Sequence record: NC_047880.1
DNA length: 64,000 nt
Direction: 5' to 3' (one strand)
Below the pieces are notes generated by a model. The model did not search any database. It was not told the DNA's origin and saw only the letters and a program-made list of their open reading frames with translations. The stretch's first letter is position 1. Every line of letters begins with the position of its first letter. Position numbers and translations under genes: made by a program. This document shows, piece by piece, positions 56,212 to 64,000 of the stretch.

Positions 56212-56709
56212 TTACCTCTTAGCTTTTTCAACCCGTTTACAATACTCGTTCCATTTTTTAATACAGAACTCATAAAAAGTTAAAGTATCAACTCGACCTG
56301 CGTAACGTTTATGCCATGAGCCTACATGATGACGACAACAGCTTTTTCCGTATAAACAACAGATCAAATGACCAAGTCCCCACATGATAGGAAAATTAGT
56401 CTTACGAATAATACGAGCAAGCTCCTGCGCAACATTGTCCCAATCAAAATCTTTGAACAACGTATCCAATTGTTTTTCGATCTGACCAATCTTTTTGTGG
56501 TCGAATTGATCTAGTATTGGATCCAATTTCTTGTCAGACCATCCGTATATCCAGTGCGAAGATGGTTTGTGCCCTTTATACGCAGTAGGCGTTTGATACT
56601 TAATAGCATCAATAACCAGAGCCTCTTCAAAAATTGTTAGGATTTGTCGCTTGGTCGTATATAAAGGTTCGTCTCTTTTTATAGGCCTCTTTCTCTGTAC
56701 TCTTGCCAT
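56212..56709 (-). CDS. Hypothetical protein (AT-rich gene)
   Basis: RBS AAGGAG; variant promoter CTGTAAACT upstream. Confidence 0.7.
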   Translation of the reverse strand: MARVQRKRPIKRDEPLYTTKRQILTIFEEALVIDAIKYQTPTAYKGHKPSSHWIYGWSDKKLDPILDQFDHKKIGQIEKQLDTLFKDFDWDNVAQELARIIRKTNFPIMWGLGHLICCLYGKSCCRHHVGSWHKRYAGRVDTLTFYEFCIKKWNEYCKRVEKAKR

Positions 56710-56754
56710 ACACAGAAACTCCTTGTGAAGAATGTATGCAGTCAGTTTACAGAA

Positions 56755-57279
56755 TCAATCTTCTACGCCGCGAATGCGCTCAAGCTCATACGCAAGATAG
56801 TCTTCCCACGAATAGAAACCATCTTTAGCAATAACTGGATCGTGCTGCCCACCAATCTTCGTACCTTTAGGGAAACGAATTTTGTTAGACAGTCTCTGCA
56901 ACTTATCGTACATGTAGGTTGTATGTCGAACGAGCAAGTTAGGTGCAGGCAAATGCTTCTGCAAAAACTTGCAACTTACCATTAAAGGGAAGTCTTTCAA
57001 CAATTCAACTGAGTCGCGTTGTTTCTCCGCGCGCACGATCACCTGATCAACTTTAGCCTTATACTCAACATTCGAGTAGTACCATTCATCAAGCGAATCA
57101 AGACCGTGCTGTTCTTCATATACCATGGCTTCATACATGGACATAAGAACAGGCTTCCCCTCCTTCTTGTCCTTGTACGCCAGTAACATGTCGGCATAAG
57201 AGCCGAACTTTACTTCCATGAATACTTCAAGGATTGAGGCGTAACGAAGAACTTCAAATTCAGTAAGTACCTTACCCAT
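56755..57279 (-). CDS. Hypothetical protein
   Basis: RBS GGAG; operon context. Confidence 0.7.
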   Translation of the reverse strand: MGKVLTEFEVLRYASILEVFMEVKFGSYADMLLAYKDKKEGKPVLMSMYEAMVYEEQHGLDSLDEWYYSNVEYKAKVDQVIVRAEKQRDSVELLKDFPLMVSCKFLQKHLPAPNLLVRHTTYMYDKLQRLSNKIRFPKGTKIGGQHDPVIAKDGFYSWEDYLAYELERIRGVED

Positions 57280-57282
57280 ACT

Positions 57283-58899
57283 TTACTCCGGGAATATTTC
57301 TTTTTCAGAAAATCTTTTAGCAACGAACAGAGCATCACTGCTGTTCACCACATCACCATCAACAAGCATCAGAGCACCGTCATGCTCAAGCGAGTAGAAG
57401 CCTTTAACGTTCGGACAATTTAAAATTGCATCGAACAAAAACTTACTCTCCCAACCAGCTAACATATGGTTGAGAACACGGCGACTGATTTTCTTACGCT
57501 TCTCGTCAGGCTCAGGGTCGTAGCGCGATCCTGTAGCACAAGTGAGAACCCCGTATTCTTGCCTGTTTGCTTTCGCGTTCTTCCTGAACTTCTGTTGGTA
57601 CACATCGAGTAATTCATTGATGCCGTAGTACAGAAGTGTAACGCGCGTATTCCAGTCAACAATTTTATTGCGGACCTCTCGCTTCGGAAGTATCTTAGCA
57701 TATTCCTTATATGCGTTACTGTAGGGACCAGTCTCTAACTGACCTGCAGAAAATATCGTTGAGTACAATAGGACCTTGGCTATGGGCTTATCGATCTGAA
57801 AAACCCGAGCAACGTCTTCGACAGATTGAAACTCGTTGAAGAATCCTAAATCAATACCGTTGAACTCAAACTCTTTGCGGAGCACATTGAACTGACTGGA
57901 CTTCATATCCCAGTTGGTTCCGACTGTGTAGCACTTCTGTTTGAGACTGCTTGGTAAGTTTTGGAATCCACCACCCTCTTCGAACAAACGACCACCGAGT
58001 TTCGATAGACGGTACTTAGCCCAATAGCGAATTACGAGAGGACTCTCGCTAACAATTTGCACAGGCCCGCCAACGATAGTGTCGAGTAGAGTTTTAACCT
58101 GTAGGTATTGCTTCTTCGCCTTACGATTAGCGATCAAAGATCTATCTTCCAAATAAGCAAGTATAGGTTCGATGTTCACTTCGTTCGGCAATTGTTTTTC
58201 TAACACAGCACGATAAAGCGCACGGCCAGTTAAAGTTTTACCGTTACCCCTGTCGCGATTCCTGTCAAGAGTTGACAGATCGTGAGAAGGTTTAGTGAAA
58301 GGGCGCTTAGAATTCTTTTGAATCTGGGACCAGACTGTTATGCCGTAGTCTTCACGGGGAATCTTTAGCGGGCTATAGAATCGGATGCGATGCAAGATAT
58401 CGTCGGATGTGTGTGGTTTAAAGTGCCCGTACATTCCGTCTAAGATTTCTTGACGCATTCTGAACTCTCTGCACCTCCCCTTTGCTTTATCGTAAGGCTT
58501 AGTCTCAAGGACGTTTACTTTTAGCCAATCTAAGGAACGTTCGAAAGTCCCTCTCTTCGATACAGCATATTTACCGACTGCAACAGAATCTCCGCCCCTG
58601 CGATAGCCAAATACCATCGGAAGCTTGTCTTGACCCAATTCTTTCGGAAATGGCACCCAAACACGTCCAAATTTCTTTTTCTTGTCTTTTCGCGCAGGAT
58701 ATAGGCTACACTGCAAAATATGCCAGAAGAATAAGTTCAATTGAGTACGGAACTCGTGTTCACCGCTAGGCGGACCCTCATAGGGGCAAGCGAAAATCAC
58801 GTTGTCTCGAACCCAAATAACGACTTCTTTCTCCTGGTAAACGGGGCTTGTGATCAGAACAGGCCCCTGGCCAGAAACGATTCGTTTTTTCATGTTCAC
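57283..58899 (-). CDS. Divergent family-A/TV-Pol-like polymerase-domain protein
   Basis: GGRLF...FQNLPSSLK, WDMKSSQFNVL (motif A), AKVLLYSTIF (motif B), LAGWES, SLEHDGALM (motif C). Confidence 0.65.
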   Translation of the reverse strand: MNMKKRIVSGQGPVLITSPVYQEKEVVIWVRDNVIFACPYEGPPSGEHEFRTQLNLFFWHILQCSLYPARKDKKKKFGRVWVPFPKELGQDKLPMVFGYRRGGDSVAVGKYAVSKRGTFERSLDWLKVNVLETKPYDKAKGRCREFRMRQEILDGMYGHFKPHTSDDILHRIRFYSPLKIPREDYGITVWSQIQKNSKRPFTKPSHDLSTLDRNRDRGNGKTLTGRALYRAVLEKQLPNEVNIEPILAYLEDRSLIANRKAKKQYLQVKTLLDTIVGGPVQIVSESPLVIRYWAKYRLSKLGGRLFEEGGGFQNLPSSLKQKCYTVGTNWDMKSSQFNVLRKEFEFNGIDLGFFNEFQSVEDVARVFQIDKPIAKVLLYSTIFSAGQLETGPYSNAYKEYAKILPKREVRNKIVDWNTRVTLLYYGINELLDVYQQKFRKNAKANRQEYGVLTCATGSRYDPEPDEKRKKISRRVLNHMLAGWESKFLFDAILNCPNVKGFYSLEHDGALMLVDGDVVNSSDALFVAKRFSEKEIFPE

Positions 58900-58919
58900 A
58901 TCGTGTTTACCTGATTTTC

Positions 58920-59280
58920 TATCAGCTATTTACAGATATAGAACCCAAAGCTATTCAAGGCTATACAAGATAGATCATCATAGGAAGGATAGCTACAGCG
59001 GTACAGCTATACAGCTCATAGATAGCTACGATTGTTATTGCTGGTACACATCTTTAGGCGGCACGTTTTTCAAAGAGCGAAAATGAGAAAACGATACCAA
59101 TACCTGCCCAAAGCATACCAACTAACAGCCCAGCAGAGCATTCTAGCCGACAAACCTAGGTCGTCTAAACCGTGTAAATAATTTCTAAAAAGGGAGCAGT
59201 TTTCTGAAAAAACACCGCAATTTAGAGAAAAATGAGGGCAAAACCGAATAAAATCAAAGGTTTAACCCTCGTTCGACAGA
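58920..59280. other. Long intergenic region with short GCTA/TAGC repeats and an A-rich tract (candidate origin)
   Basis: No convincing gene; 6-7 [AG]GCTA units in 58923-59030; orphan plus-strand TGTAAATA at 59173. Confidence 0.35.
58927..58935 (-). promoter_or_regulatory. Class-B motif CTGTAAATA
   Basis: Before the TV-Pol-like gene. Confidence 0.7.
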
Positions 59281-59287
59281 AATCAGA

Positions 59288-59944
59288 TCACTTTTTCTGA
59301 GAAACGCGCTGTCCTAATTTGACGCCGATGCTCGTCATAATACGTTTCACTGTTTCGCCGTCATGTTCTTCAATTGCTTGCGCAAGCCGTTCGCCCTGAT
59401 CACGCGATAGCTCAGGCATAACCATTTTAAGCATAGTAGAACGCAGTTTGGCGCTCTTGCTGCGCTTTTTCGACAGCGAAGTCGTTTCCATCTCCTGTGC
59501 TACTCGGCTCATTGTACGCTGGACGCGACGATCAGCGAAGATATCACCAAAGATATCGCCGAATAAGTCTTTGAACGACATACCTCCGCCCATTACATCG
59601 TCCTTTGTGAAACGAACAGGCTGTCCGAGCGCATTAGTTTTAGCGCAATGTGTAGATTCGACAGCGTTTTGAATGCGATCGCCCGTGCGCGTTACTTCGT
59701 CAGGACGTGACGGCTTGCCCTCTGCTCCAGGATTCGTATCACCGTTACGCAGCGCAGGGTCACCTTCAACTTGTTTGTTTTGATCAAACATGTCATCGGC
59801 TGTAGCGCTTTGATTCGGGTCAAACGGAATCTTGCCTGTAAGCTTGTTAGGGTCAGGATACGAACGAGGGATATCAGACGCCGGTTGAGGCATGTTCGTC
59901 ATATCGCCGTTCTTTTCGCTATTCAAACTAATCATTACTCGCAT
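59288..59944 (-). CDS. Putative head-associated protein with an MRVMISLNS tag
   Basis: Start moved to ATG 59944 (RBS AAGGA); N-terminus fits the tag family. Confidence 0.65.
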   Translation of the reverse strand: MRVMISLNSEKNGDMTNMPQPASDIPRSYPDPNKLTGKIPFDPNQSATADDMFDQNKQVEGDPALRNGDTNPGAEGKPSRPDEVTRTGDRIQNAVESTHCAKTNALGQPVRFTKDDVMGGGMSFKDLFGDIFGDIFADRRVQRTMSRVAQEMETTSLSKKRSKSAKLRSTMLKMVMPELSRDQGERLAQAIEEHDGETVKRIMTSIGVKLGQRVSQKK

Positions 59945-59954
59945 TTTTCGTTCC

Positions 59955-61064
59955 TTATCGAATTTTATAGCCTTTGAAAATGTTGTACGCAACTTCTTTG
60001 CGCTGTACAGGACGAGTGACGCACACCCATTCCCATTGATCGTTCTTCGCCGTACGCTTCTTAGGTGCTTCCATAACTTTCAGCACGTAGTTTTTGAAGG
60101 GCAGCACTAAGAAGTCTTCAGGTTCAATAGCGCCGCTACGCGCAGGCAGAACAACCGTGATGTTACCGACGGTCAGCTCCTGTTCGTAGTTCAACACGTT
60201 TGCTTCGTCGCTGATGTTGCCGTTAACAGGCGGTACACCCAAGTCGAAGATCATCGCAACGTGCGTGAAAGACTCAACATTACGGATTCGTAGTGTTACG
60301 TGCTGCCCGCGAAAACGGTCCATGTTTGCGGCTGTCAATTCGACCTCTACGCCGTTCAGGAGCAGCATAGGGCGGGGAAAAGCGGGCAATAATCTTTCGT
60401 TCTCACGAATAGAATAAGTCGCCTGCGTAAAGTATTTTGGAATAAGCTGATCGAAATCTGCGTGTGCGTCTTTGCGTTGCTGTCTAAACGTGGACGGACT
60501 TGTTGATTGATCCAACGTATAGCCAGACAGCTCTTTGACGTGATGGTGCGTGACGATGTTATAGATATAGCCTGTTGCTGCGAAGCCGGGAACAATACCC
60601 TGACGGAAACAAATGCCGCAGTTCGCAACGTTACCTGCATCACCTCTGACGTCAAACTCTTCGTCAGTGCCTGTACCCATAATGTCTGCTGCATCCATTG
60701 CTGCATCCATGCCGTCGTCAATATCATCGAACGCAACAGTCTGGCGACCGCCACCAAACATTGTCTTTGATACAGTACCGAGTTTAACTCCACCAGCTAC
60801 TTCGTTGGAGCTACGACCAAGACCCTTCAATGGACCTTCTTGATCATCGAATTCATCGTTCTCAACCTTGTTACAACTACAGGTGATACCCATCTTCGCT
60901 TTCTTGAAGATGACTACCTGCGTTGAATCGACAGCAAGCGCCTGTTCAACTTTGGACTGCACCACTTCTTGGATGCTGTCTAAACGTTGTTGCACTCGTT
61001 CTGTTTCGTAGGTCTTATGACGGTTGTAACGGTTGGTGGGTTTACCACGTTCAATCCAGCTCAT
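59955..61064 (-). CDS. Putative neck/head-completion protein
   Basis: K....CSC...CGICFRQG pattern as in myovirus neck proteins; late CTAATTTT motif; RBS GAGGAG. Confidence 0.5.
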   Translation of the reverse strand: MSWIERGKPTNRYNRHKTYETERVQQRLDSIQEVVQSKVEQALAVDSTQVVIFKKAKMGITCSCNKVENDEFDDQEGPLKGLGRSSNEVAGGVKLGTVSKTMFGGGRQTVAFDDIDDGMDAAMDAADIMGTGTDEEFDVRGDAGNVANCGICFRQGIVPGFAATGYIYNIVTHHHVKELSGYTLDQSTSPSTFRQQRKDAHADFDQLIPKYFTQATYSIRENERLLPAFPRPMLLLNGVEVELTAANMDRFRGQHVTLRIRNVESFTHVAMIFDLGVPPVNGNISDEANVLNYEQELTVGNITVVLPARSGAIEPEDFLVLPFKNYVLKVMEAPKKRTAKNDQWEWVCVTRPVQRKEVAYNIFKGYKIR

Positions 61065-61085
61065 AATTGTCTCCTCTTTGTGCTT

Positions 61086-61093
61086 AAAATTAG
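61086..61093 (-). promoter_or_regulatory. Class-A motif CTAATTTT
   Basis: Before the neck-like gene. Confidence 0.65.
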
Positions 61094-61120
61094 CGTTAAT
61101 TTTTTAGGACATTGCACCTA

Positions 61121-61136
61121 GTAAATAGTTATTTAC
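61121..61136. promoter_or_regulatory. Inverted pair GTAAATA-gt-TATTTAC at the strand switch
   Basis: Class-B core on both strands, upstream of ruvC. Confidence 0.55.
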
Positions 61137-61162
61137 AAGCACATTGAATTACGGAGTCGAAT

Positions 61163-61711
61163 ATGCGTATTCTTACAGGCGACCCTGGTAAAGTAAACTT
61201 TGCGTTGTCTGTTCAGGAGTTTAAGGACAATCGCATAGACATACTGGGTACGAGGATGTTCCACAGTCCTATACAGAACCTTCATTACGATATGCGCGAA
61301 CCGACCAAAGCGTTCATGAAAGAACTCGAGGACATGTGGAAACAGTACGGTCCGTTTGATGCAATGTGCTTCGAACGCTTTCAGTCGCGTGGTTTAGGTG
61401 GCAACACAATTGAAGCTATCAGTTTGATGCTCGGTGTTGCTTCCGTGTTCGCGCTTAAAAAGAAATGTCCGATTGATCTGATTACTGCGAGTCAGTGGAA
61501 AAATGCGTTCAACCGCACTATGAACCTGAAAGAGTATTACGCTCTCCACAATCTGACTTCAAAGAAAAGCCGGAAAGCTATCCACGAATTCGACGCAAGT
61601 CTTATTGGCGTGTACACTTTCTACAGACAATCAAACATCAAACCATTCACGGGCTTCGCGCGTATCCTCAATACATATTGCACGAAGTTCCTTGCATCAC
61701 CTGTTTTATAA
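61163..61711 (+). CDS. ruvC: RuvC-like Holliday junction resolvase
   Basis: ILTGDPG, CFERF, ASQWK, HEFDA. Confidence 0.85.
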   Translation: MRILTGDPGKVNFALSVQEFKDNRIDILGTRMFHSPIQNLHYDMREPTKAFMKELEDMWKQYGPFDAMCFERFQSRGLGGNTIEAISLMLGVASVFALKKKCPIDLITASQWKNAFNRTMNLKEYYALHNLTSKKSRKAIHEFDASLIGVYTFYRQSNIKPFTGFARILNTYCTKFLASPVL

Positions 61712-61720
61712 GGCACGACC

Positions 61721-62110
61721 ATGATTAACGAAAAAGACGTAACGAATGTAATCACAGAAGTTCTCAAAGGTTTCGGCGAAGTCCTGTTTCTGGATCGTGG
61801 CCACACAGGCAAAAACGATGCCACGTACTCGACGCATGAAACTCAAATCAGTTGTACTATCGCTGATAACGCTGATGCAGATACTTTCGGCGAAATGTTC
61901 TTTTCGAAGTTCAGCGATCAGCTCGAAGAGTATCGCAAGAAAACCACAGGGACGGATGCACCAACTAATCCGACTCTGATCGTGAACAACCCTGTTTATA
62001 CTTACCGTGAACCCCAAGTATTGTCTGTGCCAAATGGCCGTACTTTGATCGCGGTTTCTGTGGGCTTCCCCTTCATTGTTGACCCAGCACTGCCCCGTAT
62101 GGATCTGTAA
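61721..62110 (+). CDS. Hypothetical protein
   Basis: Follows ruvC. Confidence 0.7.
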   Translation: MINEKDVTNVITEVLKGFGEVLFLDRGHTGKNDATYSTHETQISCTIADNADADTFGEMFFSKFSDQLEEYRKKTTGTDAPTNPTLIVNNPVYTYREPQVLSVPNGRTLIAVSVGFPFIVDPALPRMDL

Positions 62111-62113
62111 ATA
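62105..62113 (+). promoter_or_regulatory. Class-B motif CTGTAAATA
   Basis: Plus strand, before plus-strand gene 62130..62816. Confidence 0.7.
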
Positions 62114-62129
62114 ACCATACTAGGTACTC

Positions 62130-62816
62130 TTGGGAAAATCTGTAATGGCGAAGCTAAAGAAAGAACGAAAAGCTGAGACTAAAAAAGTCGCTGCGAAGAA
62201 AACAAATAAACGGAAAGCAATTCCAGTAACAGTAATTGCAGATACGCGCCCTATCATCGTATGCCCTGAACTCGAAGAGACTGCACAGCCTTTCCGATTC
62301 AGAGGCCAATGTCCGATGGTCACTTGTCAGTATTGCACAAGAGAGACTACGACAGGCTGCATGGCTCTTGACAGAAAAGAATCCGCTGATCGTTCTATCT
62401 CTAACAGGGAGATTGCTTATTACAAGCGTGGCCTCTTTCCTGAACTTAAAGAAATGGACCAAAAGCAATTGGACACGACAGTCCGTCGCGCACAAGCTCG
62501 TACCCGTACTGCTCTCTGTCTTAATATGTACATTGCTTCCATTGATGATTCTGATTGCGACCGTACTTTCTCCTTTGTAGAAGGCCGCTCACGAATCGTT
62601 GATCAGGTTCATAACTATCTGGTTCAAACATTTACTGACTACCGACCGTGGATGCTCGCGTATCTCGATGATGAAGAACGCTTCAACACGTCAGTGGGCA
62701 AAGTAACCAATTCCGAATTCAATTTAGGTTACGCACTGCGCTTAACGCCTCGTAAGTATCAGACGTTCTGCCAGTCGCTGAAAGACCTCAAACAATCTGG
62801 AGAAAGACATGAGTAA
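62130..62816 (+). CDS. Cys-rich hypothetical protein (possible Zn-binding)
   Basis: CP...CPMVTCQYC...GC; CTGTAAATA motif upstream; start probably MAKLKK. Confidence 0.7.
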   Translation: MGKSVMAKLKKERKAETKKVAAKKTNKRKAIPVTVIADTRPIIVCPELEETAQPFRFRGQCPMVTCQYCTRETTTGCMALDRKESADRSISNREIAYYKRGLFPELKEMDQKQLDTTVRRAQARTRTALCLNMYIASIDDSDCDRTFSFVEGRSRIVDQVHNYLVQTFTDYRPWMLAYLDDEERFNTSVGKVTNSEFNLGYALRLTPRKYQTFCQSLKDLKQSGERHE

Positions 62817-64000
62817 CTTTATTTCGTTGGATCAGTATCGTGCTATCATCCAACGCAACATTCTCGTCGAGCCTGCAATGCTTGTCTCGAACCAAACGCA
62901 GCCACTGGGTTCTATCACCTTCCAGTGTCCTGGCGACAACTTCCAGATGCGGGATATCACAATCCCTGCTTCGCGTAACGCAGTCGACCTGACTCAATAT
63001 GCACCTCTGGAAAATTTACTTGCGTGTTCTCAACTGAAATCTCTAATTCAGTTGCAGCGCATCGCGTTGTTGAATCCGGAAGACATGCCAACTCCTGGTG
63101 AAGGTATTCAGAAGCCTACGCTTTCTGTTGAACCTGTTGCTGGCGCTATGTCAGTTGATGGCCAGACTATCCCGAATGCAACGATCATCGTTGAGCAGAA
63201 CGGAAACGTTTGGACTGGTACTTCGAACGGTGCTGGTGTATTCACTGTTGACGTTAGCGGACTTGAAGAAGGTTCGTTCTCAATCACAGTGACCGCAGAA
63301 GGCTTCACGCCAGCTCGCTTCACTTACGAAGCAGGTGAACAGCCTCTTCAACCGTACCCAGTTCCTACTGCGACTGCTGTGTTTAAAGAAACCACAGTCA
63401 ACGGTACGACTGTTCCTCTTGCGAACATTGTCGTTGCGTTCGACACTAAATCGTTTACCGGTCAAGCAGATGATCAAGGCGTGTTCGCCATTGATGTTGA
63501 CCCAATTCCGTTTGATGCAATCAGCCTGCACTTCGAAGCTGAGGGCTATTTGGAATACAACACAACGATCAACGCTGCAAGCATTCCTGGTATCGCGTCT
63601 GTTACTGCGCTGAACTTCCTGACAACTAGCGTTGCAGGTACTGCGAGTCCGAACGCAGAAGTTGAGATCTTGATTGATGGCCAGCCGAACGTGTTTGCTA
63701 CTGCAAGCCCGACTGGTGCATGGTCTGCTACAGTGTTGCCTGTTAAAGGCACTGTGCTTGCGCGTAGTCTTGAAGTTGATGGCTATGATGAAGCAACGGC
63801 AACTGCCGTACCTTCTAAATTGAACTTCGGTGACGTTGTTGTTGATGACGCTGATCAATTCGGTGAGAACCGTACAACTGTGACTGGTACAATCGCAGGC
63901 TTGAGCCCTGATGCTACCGACATTGCTGTGACAGTTACTGTTCAGGCGGGTGTCTACGAAGGGACTGTTGACCTTGCTGCTGGCACGTTCAACATTACAG
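62809..64000 (+). CDS. Ig-like-repeat virion protein, truncated by the window edge (not in the ORF track)
   Basis: Manual translation MSNFISLDQYRAIIQRN...; repeated V.GTT.P.A.I.V.....G..D..G.F.I.V units; open to the window end. Confidence 0.75.
   Translation, partial: MSNFISLDQYRAIIQRNILVEPAMLVSNQTQPLGSITFQCPGDNFQMRDITIPASRNAVDLTQYAPLENLLACSQLKSLIQLQRIALLNPEDMPTPGEGIQKPTLSVEPVAGAMSVDGQTIPNATIIVEQNGNVWTGTSNGAGVFTVDVSGLEEGSFSITVTAEGFTPARFTYEAGEQPLQPYPVPTATAVFKETTVNGTTVPLANIVVAFDTKSFTGQADDQGVFAIDVDPIPFDAISLHFEAEGYLEYNTTINAASIPGIASVTALNFLTTSVAGTASPNAEVEILIDGQPNVFATASPTGAWSATVLPVKGTVLARSLEVDGYDEATATAVPSKLNFGDVVVDDADQFGENRTTVTGTIAGLSPDATDIAVTVTVQAGVYEGTVDLAAGTFNIT

Noticed and set aside
58923-59030. 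CRISPR-like or mini-array reading of the short repeats
   Set aside because: Units are only 5-9 bp, irregularly spaced and in both orientations; no repeat-spacer structure

Overview
A 64-kb segment of a large myovirus (jumbo-phage-like) genome. Genes lie on the minus strand from 1 to ~61,060 and on the plus strand after ~61,160. The gene set includes a tail sheath, Ig-repeat fibre proteins, a family-A DNA polymerase, a beta-clamp-like protein, DnaX, SbcC/SbcD, RuvC, UvsW-like and giant SNF2 helicases, and a GH108 endolysin. This resembles the RSL1/Lu11/PaBG/Erwinia Y3/Dickeya AD1-JA11 type of jumbo phage; the assignment is inferred from gene content and was not database-checked. No tRNA, rRNA, CRISPR array or transposase was seen. 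Main observations: (1) two phage-specific promoter-like motifs, CTAATTTT before virion/late genes and CTGTAAATA before replication/accessory genes. (2) At least 12 otherwise unrelated proteins share an N-terminal S-x-[SA]-[AS] tag resembling a capsid-targeting/prohead-protease signal; they include an ART-PolyVal-like ADP-ribosyltransferase, a 1951-aa SNF2 protein and Lys/Ala-rich paralogs. (3) An ORF-free, highly base-paired ~340-380-nt element with two predicted pseudoknots sits directly behind a late-class promoter (candidate new ncRNA). (4) A second, divergent family-A/TV-Pol-like polymerase lies next to a repeat- and A-rich intergenic region (candidate origin). All functional calls come from motif recognition by eye, without database searches.
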